Positions 40,754-56,083 of a DNA stretch of 64,000 nt are shown here, piece by piece. Below the pieces are notes generated by a model. It had not been told where the DNA came from, searched no databases, and worked only from the letters and a program-made list of their open reading frames with translations. The translations under genes and the position numbers were made by a program. Every line of letters starts with the position of its first letter. The stretch's first letter is position 1. Origin of the DNA: Eledone cirrhosa (lineage: Eukaryota); NCBI GenBank assembly GCA_964016885.1, contig OZ024743.1, positions 116,808,001 to 116,872,000 of the forward strand, given 5' to 3'.

Positions 40754-41466
40754 GTTTAAAATGGAGTGGAAAAGATGGGAAAGATCACTTACCGAACTTT
40801 TCTTAGAGGAAGGATGGTTTCTCCATCCCTTTTCACTTTATCGTCTGGTGAAGGGACCGTTGAATCGTCCCTTCGGCTGGTCGTCGGCTCTTCTATGAGT
40901 ATGTCCGAATATACTCTCCGGTTGAGAGTCCCTCCTAGGTCTCTGAAATCACCAACTGCGTTGGCCTATTTCATTTTAATGTTTGTGTATTGTTTCTGTG
41001 CTATTTTTACCAGTCTTATGTTCGTTGGCGTTTTGATTGGTGCTGGTATTATGTAGTCGTGCTGTGAAATGTCTGTCTGTTCAATTATGTAAGTCATTAG
41101 TTTCTTGCTGTGTGTATTTATTGCCGTGCATTTGTTTTTCTGGGGGTGGTGTGTGGTTCTGCTAGTTTCTTGTCGTTGTTGCTGGGTGTGTGTGTTTTGT
41201 TATTGTGTTTGCGATCTTGGTGCTTGTGGTGGTGGTGTTGACGGTGTTGTTGTTGTTGGCGGTGGGGTTGTCGCCGGTGGTCATGGTGGTGCTAGTGTGG
41301 GTGGTGATGGTGTTGGTGGTGTTGCTGCTGTGAGTCTCTTTGCAGTAGCCTTTACTCTTTTTTCATTTCTGTCCTCCCTTTTCGAAGGCGACGATGCCCT
41401 GCTTCTGCGTTTGTGCGTTCTTGCGACCTTTTGCCATCCCTCTCCCATCTCACACTCCATGCCTGA

Positions 41467-42423
41467 TTATGTGAGGTCGGGGAGGGACACCAGCTCCACT
41501 CTTTCACTTGTTGTTGTTGGTGATGTTTGCAGTGGAGTCTCTGTTGCAGCTGCATTTGGTATTACTGTTGTTGTTGTTAATACTTCCACTGCTGCTGCTG
41601 TTCTTGATTTCCATGGGGTGGGAATGGGTGCCACGGACCTATCGTTCCTGGTTGCCGCTTGTCCTGTTGCTGGTAGCCGTGGAGCCGGTTTCGGAAGGAG
41701 GAGGGTTTTCTCCTTTCTCAGGGTCTTCCCGTTGCAGAAGGCCCTGAGGTGAGTCTTCGATCCACAGCGAAAGCATTTCGGGCGTTTGCCCTCAACACTT
41801 ATGGACAGTTGAGTGCCGTTGTCGAAGTCTATCACATCCGGGATAGCTTCGATGCACTCCTGGTTGGTTTGGCTTAACATCTCAATGGAGGTGCCGACCC
41901 AATCTTCTCTTACTTTTTTCTGTACTTGCAGTACAGTTGTTTTGTCCTCGATTCCGACGAGGACAGATGCGGGCAGCCAAGAAGAGGCCATCCCGGGGGG
42001 GGGGGGGGTCAGTTTGACCCTCACAATTTTTTGCCCGCAGTAGGAGGGCCCCAACACCATTTCCTCGCTCCTTAGGTTCACTAAGGATTGAGCCTTTGCC
42101 TCCTGGGGTGTGGTAAAAAGCACGTCTACTGTGGAATATTTCTTGCCTCGGATGATATGCGTTTTCAGCTGCCATACAGACCCTAAGGCTTTTTGTATTT
42201 GAGCCTCTGTGGCTCTTTCAACCCTACGGGATTTTGTGCTTACTGTACGGTACGTGACCGTACAGTGATGTTGGGTTTCGAAAAAATTTTCCGCTGCCTT
42301 GCAGATTGCTCGGTGTCCGGTTTTCGTCACCATCTTCATCGCTTCCTGTAATTCCTCATTTGTTATGAGGATGGTTTCCAGGTTCTTTGCGATACCTGCA
42401 ACGAGATTGGTTTTCTTTGCTGC

Positions 42424-42462
<39 letters not shown>

Positions 42463-42537
42463 CGTCAGAGCTGCTGTTACTTTTGTTGTTGTTGCAGGTA
42501 CTACGGCTACTGCCGCCACCGCTGTTGCTGTGGCTGT

Positions 42538-42569
<32 letters not shown>

Positions 42570-42688
42570 TTGCTGCTAATGCTGTCGTTGTTTATGCTGC
42601 TGCTGATGCTGTTGCGGCTGCTACTGTTGTTTTTCTTGTCACTGTTGCTGCTGCTGCTGTTATTACGGCTGCTACTGCTATTATTCAT
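41467..42688 (-). CDS. ORF1 gag-like protein with CCHC zinc knuckle and microsatellite-encoded Ala/Thr-rich N-terminus
   Basis: ORF 41467-42519 contains CFRCGSKTHLRAFC. The upstream (CAA/CAG)n region is out of frame, so the true start is uncertain. Confidence 0.7.
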
Positions 42689-43184
42689 GACGTCAGATGA
42701 ATGAAATGGGTTTTCGTATTTACCCGACACCTTTTTCGTCGTTGTCGTCGTCGTGGAGAAATGTTCCATGCTTTGCACGGGTTTTTGGAAACTATTTTTC
42801 TATACTGGTGTCGCTTGCGAAAGAGAAGAGAGGGAGAGAGACACATTTAGAGAAGGGAGGTAGAGAGACAATCTTCTCTCTGCTGTAGTGACGATTGAGG
42901 AAGAAGACGGAATGAGAGGGAGTGACTTGTGAACATTCTTTTTCGTAGCCATGTTTTTTTTGGTTGAAAATAAATATTGGGCACAAAACCCCAATAAACG
43001 GTTATTTAACCCCGAAGGGATAAATAATGGGCAGAAAGACCCCTCTCACTAGGAGGAGCGTGTTTTTGTCTACAATTTGGTTAAAGTTTTAAACAATTTA
43101 CAATTGTTATAGCGGTCAAAATTTACAATACCTTACAGAGCCGAGCCTCGTCAACCATGGCATTCAATAATAATAATAATAATG

Positions 43185-43495
43185 ACACACACAGCGCTGT
43201 CTTTAGCGCTGAACAACAGAACATATGGCTACAAAATGGACAACAAAATCACAAATCAGCTGTTTTATATGGATGACTTGAAGCTGTAAGCCATAAATGA
43301 CAACGAATTGAAGGATTTGCTGGAGACAGTTAAGGTGCTCAGCAATCATGTAGGGATGGGGTTTGGATTGGAAAAATGCGCCTAAGCAATATTCAAAAGT
43401 GATAAGCACAAACATAATAGATGAGTGTACAGTAATTAGGGAACTAGAACAGGAATAAACCTACAGATATATGAGTGGTAAAGTGATGGAAGAAT
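43185..43495 (+). pseudogene. Short decayed R4/Dong RT fragment
   Basis: ttttatatggatgacttgaagctg translates to FYMDDLKL, followed by MGFGLEKCA; similar to 31690-31930. Confidence 0.7.
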
Positions 43496-44199
43496 AATAG
43501 TTGTTGATGTAAAAATGGATAGAGCGGCAATGTTACTTTTTATATACGCAAATAAAATAAATTATTCTTCAGGGCTAAAGGACCATATTTCTAATTTTGG
43601 ATATAAAGCTATCTAAAATTCTGTACTGAGCCTACCTAACCAGATTTCCTGGGGTCAATGAGCCAAATAGATAGATTATTAAAGTTCTTTTTATGTTCCT
43701 TCAAAGTGAAATGAGGAGTAACAGGATCCAGGTGCTCCGTCCTGTCCTGGATATGTATCCTGGATATTCATCACCAATCATCAAATATCAATAAGGAAGC
43801 ATCACGAATTATAGGTAAATAGAATAATATTTAAAGTTGCTTTTTCTTTTTTTTTTATTTATTTATGACGAAAATTTTGACTTAATGTATTTTACATTGT
43901 CCTTTTTGTCCACTTTACTAAATGAATTGAGGAAACCACACGACAGATCGAAATGAAATGAAAATAAGCAGGATCAATACATTCAAATGCTCAATAATAT
44001 TGGAGTCAAGGAGAAATACTTTTTGTGAATGAAATTTATAATCGCAAACAGCCCTCATTGTTTTCTGAGGAACATGTTGAAATAATAATAAGAAGACAAA
44101 TGAAATGAAAACAAGCTGCAGGAATACGTTTTAAATATACAATAATATTGGGTTAAAGAAAGAAACACTTTTTATGAACAAAATTTATAACCGGAAACG

Positions 44200-44560
44200 G
44201 CTACCTTTGCCCTCTGGAGGACTTGTTTCCTTTGCTTCCGCAAAAGCTTTTAGGAGGAACTGTTTCTGATTTTTATCCTTGCTAGAATCGTAAAACCTCT
44301 TAATGAGACAAATACTTCGTCGTTAGTGCAAAAATCAAGATTGTTTGGGGCGATACCGAGCTGGTGGAAAACGTTATTTGTTTTCTTCGTAACGAAGTCA
44401 CTCGGTTCTCTGTTGCAGAAAGCCATTCCTTTCCTTTTGACGTTCTTCATTCCTTTTTGATTTCCTTCCTTTTATTAGATTTAGAACATTTTGTCTTTCT
44501 CTTCCAGTCCAAATCTTTCGTCAAAAAAGCCATCGCTGCAAACTCTTCTGACACGTACAA
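44200..44560 (-). pseudogene. Possible DNA-transposon protein C-terminal remnant
   Basis: Minus-strand fragments SEEFAAMAF, LEEKDKM, SDFVTKKTNNVFHQLGI and KDKNQKQFLLKAFAEAK resemble the C-terminus of a widespread invertebrate transposon-derived protein. Recognised from memory; superfamily not assigned. Confidence 0.35.
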
Positions 44561-44714
44561 TAGGTCAGACTAAAGGACCGCTTGGTCAGCATACGAATCA
44601 ATTGGTCAGCATATATTGGTAGTAGCGTCATGAAATCGAGGTCATTTTTGAAGCCCATCTGGGAACCACGACTTCGTTACAGAATTCTACACACACAAAG
44701 TAAATACAAAAGCG

Positions 44715-44827
<113 letters not shown>

Positions 44828-44861
44828 TGCGTCTATGTGCGGTTTTGACATATATATATAT

Positions 44862-45060
44862 ATAACGAAGGAAGTGTGGTAAGGAACCATAAGGACCTTA
44901 ACGCACCAGAGTACTCAATACTTCTCAATACTTAGGGTAGTAGAGTGGTTTATAGGAACATGCTCAAGACCCCGACGGCAGAGCTCAAGCCGTTTCGACG
45001 GCTATAATAGCCGTCGAAACGGCTTGAGCTCTGCCGTCGGGGTCTGGAACATTTTCCTGT
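44862..45060 (-). mobile_element. Fold-back HHR-half element (family shared with 58764-58890)
   Basis: Palindrome 44952-45060 with apex ggcta-taa-tagcc; arms read gtc-GAAA-cggc..gccg-TC-ggggtc. The tail 44865-44957 is the reverse complement of 58802-58885. Confidence 0.8.
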
Positions 45061-45071
45061 ATATATATATA

Positions 45072-45143
<72 letters not shown>

Positions 45144-46159
45144 TAATAACTGCGCCCGCCACATAACTTTAATTCCGTGACATCAGACACGAAAGTGGTC
45201 AATATTCTATATGAGAGGAAGCCATATTTGTTTAACCTTAGAATTTCATGTGATAACCTTTAGATGTTTACTCGGCGCAACACATGGCTGCCAGAGGGTC
45301 GCCTTGGTGTAGTACATATTGTTTTATGCTGTATATATATTTTATCTCAAAGGTTAAGAATAAATATTGATTGATTAAATATCGTCTGGTTGCAGGCGAT
45401 GTTACGTATTCCTGTAAATCATAGTTACTCACTTTTTTAACAAAAAAGCCGTTTTTATGATATAACTTTTTCAAATTTTATGTGATACAACAAGAAGCTT
45501 ATTTGGAAACGTAAATGGCTCATATTTCTATGACTTAGAAGAATCATAGTCTGCATGTACTAAGGGAATAATCGTTTACTGCACAAATGATATGATAATT
45601 GAAGAATGCATGTTCAATGTTATTTTCTGCGGTTATCATATTTTTTTTTCTGGATGAAGAAGTTGCACCCATAGCCTTCTCAGTTCCACCAAATCCGAGA
45701 ACATCGACTCAATTAATGTTCGTTTTGATCAATTTAAATGTGACCGCTGCAGAAAAAGAAAATGATTCTACGTCACCGCTCAAGTTGCAGGAAATAACCA
45801 CTAAATCTATACTAAATCACAGAGTACCATTTATAAAATATCATGGACACGATGGATATTATTGTCCTAGATATGCAATGCCAAGGACACAAAACCAGTG
45901 ATAAGATACATAATAAGCCTTCAATTTAATTCTTCAAAAACTATATCTGTTCATATGAAATGATCATACTGATAATGATTATAGTAACAAGCTTAATAAG
46001 AGCAACAAACTTGATGAAAGCAATAATAATAATCCCTATGGTAACCAGAACTATGTAAATGATTGTGATGATGATGGTGGTGGTTAATGTGATTGTGATA
46101 AAGATTTTTCTGTTGAGTGTATTAGCTGTACCAATGATAGATGTAATGATAATGATAAT

Positions 46160-46275
46160 AATTGTTTCTACTTTTGGCACAAAGCCAGCAATTACCCAGT
46201 ACATTACTGGTACTTTATTTTATCGACCCCGTAAGGATGAAAGGCAAAGTTAACCTCGACGGGATTTGAACTCAG
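46160..46275 (-). mobile_element. 5'-truncated SINE family A
   Basis: Matches the SINE body and tail. Confidence 0.85.
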
Positions 46276-47062
46276 TGATAATGATAATAATGGAGATAGT
46301 TTTCGTGTTGCCTATGATGATGTATAAGTAACAGTTTGATGCTCTAAATGTTGACTTTAATTTGTAACCTTGAACATTTAAGATTAAGATTCTATACCCC
46401 TTTCAGGATATTAATATAATATAAATTATATAAATATAATATCACATATAGAATACACAAAATATGTGTCATGTGCTTTCGTGAAAAGCAAGTCATGACA
46501 AGAATGGATGTTATCATGTGTCTGCTCGTTAAGGGTTGAACTGGGGCTAATCGACAAAAATAAATATGCAGAGAAATTTCAAAACTCCTAATAATCTGAG
46601 AATGCTGAAATGAGCGTAGTGGTTAGTGCTTGGGTTGGAGTAGATGTAGAATCAATGATGAGGGATGCTAGAGAGAATTCATATCGGCTAATTTTCTTGG
46701 AAGGATGTTCTGGATGTATTGGTGAGTACGGTTTTCTGTTAGAAATGCCAGAGTAGATGTAACGACATTATGAAAGTCATTTGAACAATGACCATTTCGG
46801 ATTTTTCATACATTATGTGTTTGGAGGAGGAATCATGGTGGAAGATAAGAGCGTCGGAGATTTGCGTAACAATGGTTGGTCAGATTTTTTACAGTCTGTG
46901 TATAAATCACAACTAGGTCGGCTTTGACATCCATCCTGGGTTGATAAATGAAGTACAATTTATGTATTGCAGTCGATGTAATCGACTCTGTCTCCACCCA
47001 CCCCCATAAATTATTAGCCTTGTGCTTAAATTAGAAATATTTATTATTATCATTATTATTAG

Positions 47063-47253
47063 TTCGGTGGATTGGCAGTATCGGTAGAGAGTCGGACGCC
47101 ATGCTTTCCAGCGTAGTTACGTCCCTTTACGGTCTGAGTTCAAATCCTGCCGAGGTTGACTTTGCCTTTCATCCTTACGGCGTCGATAAAATAAAGTACC
47201 AGTAATGTACTGGGTACTTGCTGGCCTTGTGCCAAAAGTAGAAACAATTATTA
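47063..47253 (+). mobile_element. SINE family A, within a cluster of older degenerate SINEs (46860-48230)
   Basis: Full match to 639-833, with (ATT)n flanks. Confidence 0.9.
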
Positions 47254-48410
47254 TAAGTGCGGTAGATTTGGCGGAATCGGTAGAATCGGATAACATACCG
47301 TATTTCACGGCACTGAAGACGCTTCGTCCTCGAGAACGCACCCTAATTTTGAGAACCAAAAAAAAAAAAATGAAAAACATCAACAAGTGATTGAATATGC
47401 CAAACAACATAGTATTGTTATTAATATTTGCTTGTAAACCCCTTTTAACATACCGCAGTTTTACTTCTTTCCTCACTTAATAATGTTCCCTTAAAGTCAG
47501 GTTGTTTGAAGGGATTGACAATATCGGTAATATAGATACACATGTAAAATATCACTCGTCCGTTGCCTCGTCTAACATACACTGCCCAAACTGGAATGAA
47601 TTTTTGGGATTGCGTATATGTTAAAACAATTTCATGATACTTTTGTTTATTTACTATTTAACAAAGTATAAGTTATACACTTCACTGTGCGGTCATATAC
47701 GGGGGTTCAGATTACTGTCTAGCATAGATAACCTTCCTCTAGGGTTAGGATATGCTTAGGAATGCAGCCTTCGGCCTCCAGGAAGCATGGTAGATTTTTG
47801 AGACTTATTTTAGGAACAAAGTAAAGTCTTCGACGCCGAGAAATTCGATACTTTGCGACATATACTTACGTTTCTTTACCTTCTGTATTCAAATCCTGTG
47901 TTCATCCTTACGGAGCCTATAAAATTAAGTAACAGCAACACACTGGGGGTCGGTTTAATACCGGCATTGTTGGCATTGTGCCTAAATCAGAAACCATTCT
48001 TATTGGTGTGGGATTTGGCGGAATCAATAGAGCGTCAGACAACGCATTTTACAACATTCGGTTACGTTTCTTTACGTTCTATGTTCAAATCCCGCCTAGC
48101 TTAGCTTTGCCTTCCATCCTTCCAAAGTCAATAAAACAAAGTAAGTAGCAGTAATGTACGCGAGTCGATTTAATCAACTTTCCCCACCAACAAAATTACT
48201 GGCCTTGTGCCTATGCTAGAAACAATTATGTATTTGGGACTAGATTATTTAATGTACCCTTTTATTTTTTTAGATGTAGAATGTGAAAATTTCAGGGTAA
48301 TCTGGCTGCTAATTCTTGCAGGTCGAGTGACTACGTAGAGGCTCCCTTATAAATCTGATATTGAGGTTTCGTTATTTGTCGGACGCCATCATCAGCTACA
48401 ATATTGCAAG

Positions 48411-48481
<71 letters not shown>

Positions 48482-48647
48482 TCTCTCTCTCACCCCCTCT
48501 CTCTCTCTTTCTCTCTCTTTTTCTCTCTTTCTCATTCTTTCTTCTCGTTATCATAACTTTTCTCTCTTACCCATGCTCTCTCTCATCCCTCTATACATTT
48601 ATCTAATCCTATCTATCTCCTTGTCTCCCCTCCTATATCCTTCTGCT

Positions 48648-48709
<62 letters not shown>

Positions 48710-48894
48710 TGAAAAATGGCGTGTTGTGTTGTTGCAAATGTGATATACAAATTAAAATGAAGAATTAGAAATAGAAGCCAGGACTATACATCATCAGTGG
48801 TCTACTAGCCATCATATGTATTTCTTCGCATTAAAGACCAGATACCTCAGGCTAGCACGAACAATAGCTAAAATAAGTTATTGGGATAAAAAGA

Positions 48895-48897
<3 letters not shown>
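48710..48897 (-). mobile_element. Diverged fragment of family R3 retaining the structured ribozyme-like domain
   Basis: 48788-48886 aligns colinearly with 50028-50127, with compensatory changes; (TA)n on both sides. Confidence 0.7.
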
Positions 48898-48958
<61 letters not shown>

Positions 48959-49789
48959 ATGTGTCTATGTATATATCTTTCTTTTTATCGTTTTCTCTTT
49001 CTCTCATACAATTACCGACACGTCTGATACACACTTTACAAAAGACAAACGACGCCTACGTGGCTTCGTGGTTTTTGTTCTTGTTTTATTTTATCTATTT
49101 ATTTATTTACTTATTTATTTATTTATTTATTTATGGAGAGTTTTTTATTGTTGATATGTTGTAAATTATGTCGTTTGTTCGTATTTTCTTTTTAGATATT
49201 CAACGATAATTAATTTGAAAAATACCTAAAAGAGTGTTTGCTATGTACAGGAAATTTTCAATTCTATATCATTTCAGAGAAATAGCAATGTTTACAAAAG
49301 TAAATGAATGACTACAGACTGTATTACTTTTGACAATTTTGAATGCTTGCAATGGTTTAACAATCATGGTAGGGAAAAAATCTGTTGTTTCTGCAATATC
49401 TCTATATATCTCATTAATATAAAAAAGGCGAATTGGCAGCCATTAGAACATCAGATAGAATGTTTTGCGGTTTCACTCTCTCTTATGAATTCAAATTTAG
49501 TCGAGGTCAACCTTGTTTTTAAACCTTTCGAGGTCGATAAAAAAAAGAAACAGTTTAATACCGAGGACGATTATTTCTCTGTGTATCTCTCTCACTTCTT
49601 CTCTACCAGCCGCTCTGATAGATGGAGTGGGGAGGATTCCCCAGGTTTTAAAAATGACACGAAGACACGCTGTATATCTCAATAGTTCACCAAATAACCC
49701 GTCAGGATTTATTGGTCTACACATACATTCAATAATAAAGCACAAGCACTGGGTTTTCAAATTTGTTTCACGATATATCGTAAAGATTA

Positions 49790-49985
49790 AATTGTTAGAG
49801 CGTAGGGCTTACAATCGTGAGGTTGTGATTTCGATTCCCGAACCGGTTAGTGCGATGTGTCCTTGATCAAAACACTTTATTTTACGTTGCTCCCGTTCAC
49901 TCAGCTGTAGAAATGAGTTGCAACGTCACTGGCGCCAAGCTGTCTCTGTTATTGTCCTATCTTTGGACAACATCAGTGGCATGAA
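49790..49985 (+). mobile_element. tRNA-derived SINE, family B
   Basis: tRNA-like head (gttagagcg...ttcgattcccg) followed by tgtgtccttgatcaaaacacttt...cactcagctgtagaaatgagt, a conserved-core SINE type. Confidence 0.7.
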
Positions 49986-50014
49986 AAGGGGATGTATGTA
50001 TGTATATATATATA

Positions 50015-52545
<2,531 letters not shown>

Positions 52546-52558
52546 GTATATATATTTA

Positions 52559-55500
52559 TCTTATGTATAAAGTGAAGTTGGGCGTTGTTTGTTTGTTTGG
52601 TGTCGCGAATTTGCAGGCTACACAGTACATCCGATTTTCATGAAACTTGGCACATATATTAAACTCGACCCGTAGATTGGAATAGGTTACTTGAAGTTTT
52701 CGACACATCGATAATTGGGCCCCCAGAGGCCAAAAATCGATATTTTCAAAAATCGTCCGATTTCGATGTAACTCGACGCAACTGTGTATTTTGAGCCGGG
52801 ATGAACGTGTGCTACATTAACTTTTCAAAAAATCGATAATTGGATCACCATGAAATTTGACGTAGGTATGTATTTTGATGCGGGGAAAACATCCGGCAAC
52901 CGAAAAACGCCATTCTTCTTGCTTCCATTTGTCACGACTCCCGCCATGCAAAAAACGTTCAATCTATCAGGATTATCCACCGTAAGTCTCTTTAAATTAA
53001 CGCTAACCATATTCAGCAAACCTTTTATGCCGATTCTTCCATTTCTTATATAAGGACTATCAAGACTATACCGCCGTGCATCATCCTGTATTGCGCCCAG
53101 TCTTCCCAAGCGATCATCGAGCCTCCATGCGCTCGCTTCATTCCCATGCAGCATCCATGATCTGTCAGCCGCCATCCCTCCTCAGCCTTTTATTTTGCCG
53201 CCCGCCATGCTCCTTCAAGACTGCCATGCCTAACCAAGCCGCATCCCTGCCACCGTCAACCCCTGCCCTCTCCTTTGCCCGCACGCCTTGGTCCCTCACG
53301 ACTGCCATGGCTCACCATGCGGCATTCCTGCCCTGTCAGCAACTTGCTCAAATGTCATCAGCATGGTTTATTCCTGCGCCGCACATAACCACCCATTATC
53401 TCAAACCAAAGACAGCACCGAACATGAAAACGATCTTGTGTAAGTCTTTTTACATTCATTTTTACCATATTTAACAAAATTAAACAAAAATTCTTCCCTT
53501 TCTCCTCCAATACCTACCAATCAATTATGGCCGATAAACATCCTGCCTTGCACCCGGTTTTCTCAAACAATCATCGTTCCCCCGGTGCTCTCTACATTCC
53601 CGAGGTGCAACTTAATTGGCATGCCGCATCCACGCCCTGTCAGCCGCTATGCACCCTCCCCTTTCGTCATCCTTCATCATGTTGCATCCCTGCCATGTCA
53701 GCCGCCAGCCCCTCCCCGACCCTTTCCACTGCCTAGGTATGGCAGTCTTGAAGGACCAAGTCACATCCCTACCACCATCAACCCCTGCCCTCTCCGTTCC
53801 CTGCACGCCGTCGTTCCACTGCATCGTCGGCATCACCATGCCGCATCAATGCTCTGTCAGCCGCCATCCCCTTCTCGGCCCTTTTTTTTGCTTGTCCGCA
53901 GTGCTCCTTCAAGACTGCCATGGCTCACCACGCGGCATCCTTGCCCCCGTTCAACCCTGCCTTCTTCCATGCTGCTGGCCGTCGTCCCACTGCATCGTCA
54001 TGCCTCAGGATGCCGCATCCATGCACTGTCAGCCACCATCCACTCCTCGGCCCTTTCTTTTGCCTGACCGCCGGGCTCCTTCAAGACTCTATGCCGCATC
54101 AATTCCTTGCCACCCGCTTAAACGTCATCAGCATGGCTTATTGTTACCTCCATTTGACCACCGATTTTCGCAGGCTAAACAGAATACCAACGTGCACGAT
54201 AGTCCATGCTAAGCAAAGGATGAATAGCAACTCTTTCATTTCTCTTGACATGCCTTTCTGTCAATTATGGCCGAGAAGCATCCTGTGTAGCATTGCGTCT
54301 TCTCAAGCGATCAGCGTGCCTTCCACTGTCCTCACAATTAACTCACAACGCCGCATCTATTCCCTGCGACGCCCCTAAACATCATCTGCATGGCTTATTT
54401 TTCTGCCGCGTTTAACCGGCCCTCATTCTAGGCCATAAACAACAAAACCGCACGATGATGCTGCGTAAGTCTATTTAAATTGATGGTCAACATGTTCAGC
54501 AAAACAATTGTACCAATTGTCCCTCTTCACCTCCAAGGCCTATCCATTACATCTTAGAGGTCGGGATTCGCAATTTCTACTATTTCAATATTGACACAAC
54601 AGTCCGTCAGGTTTTTCGGCACATGTTGCTCCGATAGGAATATCAACGTGATTTTCACTTAATTCGTAAGTGTTCAGTCTTCTGTATGCTTTTATTTTTT
54701 ATTGATACAACACCGACTACAATCATCTAACTTCACTTTGTAGGCTAGACGCGAATCACAAGGAATACAATCCTCTGATATACAACCCCACCAATTTCTT
54801 TGGTCTACTTAGATTTCAATGGCTATATCCTTTGCTTTTGTACGGTTGTACATTTGACAATGTCACAAAACATTATTCTACTTGATTCTTACCTTTCAGC
54901 TATGAATTGGGCAGTGCCTTAAAATCCCGGTTTATTTGTGTCCAATTTTTTGGTATCTTATGAATGGAGAATCGAAAACCCTTTTTCCTGATACATGCGT
55001 TACACATGCTCCATGGATGTTTGTGGACTATTTTTTCAAAATACCAATATCACAGATTGGAGCACAAAAAGAAACGTTTGTTCTTCATTTATTTCGGTTA
55101 AAGCATCCTGCTGGAATTTAGCGCAGACCCGTTTAAATCCGCCTTATAACCCCGAGTGTAACCGGGTACACCAGCTAGAAAGACAAATGGAAACAATGTT
55201 TCCGATTTGACGAAGTCGATTTAGTTCCACAACAAATTAACAAACCATACTTAAAGACACGTTGAGGCTGTTGCAAAGGGCAATAACCCTAGACACAATT
55301 TTGATCAACTTTTTTTCATCTATAATATATTTACCGGGACAGGTTTTTAGCTACTCAAATCTACTTCAGAGGTCACGCATTCATGTAAAAAATCAATAAA
55401 ACTGAAGTGGGGATTCTACTTTACGCAAAAAACAAGTCAAAGTTGCACATGGGAAAACTTTTTACAGGAACGTCCGATTTTCTTGAAAACTGTTGCAAAA

Positions 55501-56083
55501 GACTCGCCATTATGCCGCGGTTCAGATAAGTCCATTTTATTTCTTCTTCTGCACATGTGAGCGCGAAAATTGTAAAAAAAAAAATAAAAAAAAAAAAAAT
55601 GAAAAAATCGACTTTTTCACCCTGCTTTAAAAATCAACTGAAAATTCAATTTCAAGTGAATTTGACTTCCGTCAGTCGTGCAAAGAACAATTTCAACGAT
55701 ACACTGTGAACCTACAATTGATCCATTATTTATGCTCAGTGGATTGGCAGTATCGGTAGAGGGTCGGACGCCATGCTTTGACGCATAGAGTTACGGCCCT
55801 TGCCATTCTGAGTTCAAATCCCGCCGAGGTTAACTTTGCCTTTCATCCTTACGGGGTCGATAAAATAAAGTACCAGTAATACACTGGGTAATTGCTGGCC
55901 TTGTGCCTAACGTAGAAACAATTATTTATGCTCAATTACACACCTGTGTCTAATAACCTCTATTTTTTTTCCTTGAGCTTCGAAGGTTTTTGCACCTGTG
56001 ATGCGCGGGAAGTAACTTTCACACATTTTAACAACAGAGCAAAGGTCGACTTACACCCGGGCCACGCCGGGTACTTCTGCTAG
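52559..56083 (+). mobile_element. Non-autonomous Helitron with internal repeats and two 3'-type ends
   Basis: 5' a|TCttatgtataaagtgaagttgggcg with ccgattttcatgaaact motif. 3' acccgggccacgccgggtacttctgCTAG|t at 56054-56083. Internal hairpin plus CTAG at 55149-55178. Confidence 0.7.
55737..55923 (+). mobile_element. SINE family A inside the Helitron
   Basis: Full match; attatttatgctca is duplicated on both sides (55725-55738 and 55921-55934), a candidate TSD. Confidence 0.9.

Larger units (their letters stand above)
37370..43165 (-). mobile_element. Full-length Tx1/L1-clade LINE inserted in (TAA)n
   Basis: 5' UTR, ORF1 and ORF2 (APE, RT, C-terminal Cys motif), ending aataaagaaatc(att)n. (TAA)n abuts both ends. 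Confidence 0.9.

Noticed and set aside
42299-42778. Poly-Val, poly-Leu and poly-Asn/Ser ORFs
   Set aside because: They are alternative frames of the (CAA/CAG)n tract at the start of Tx1 ORF1.
45930-46160. Hydrophobic Ile/Thr-rich ORF resembling a membrane protein
   Set aside because: It is a degenerate (ATA/ATG)n trinucleotide tract plus SINE sequence.
53076-54378. Pro/His/Cys-rich ORFs of 130-200 aa
   Set aside because: They arise from C-rich diverged tandem subrepeats within a Helitron, with no recognisable domain and overlapping frames.
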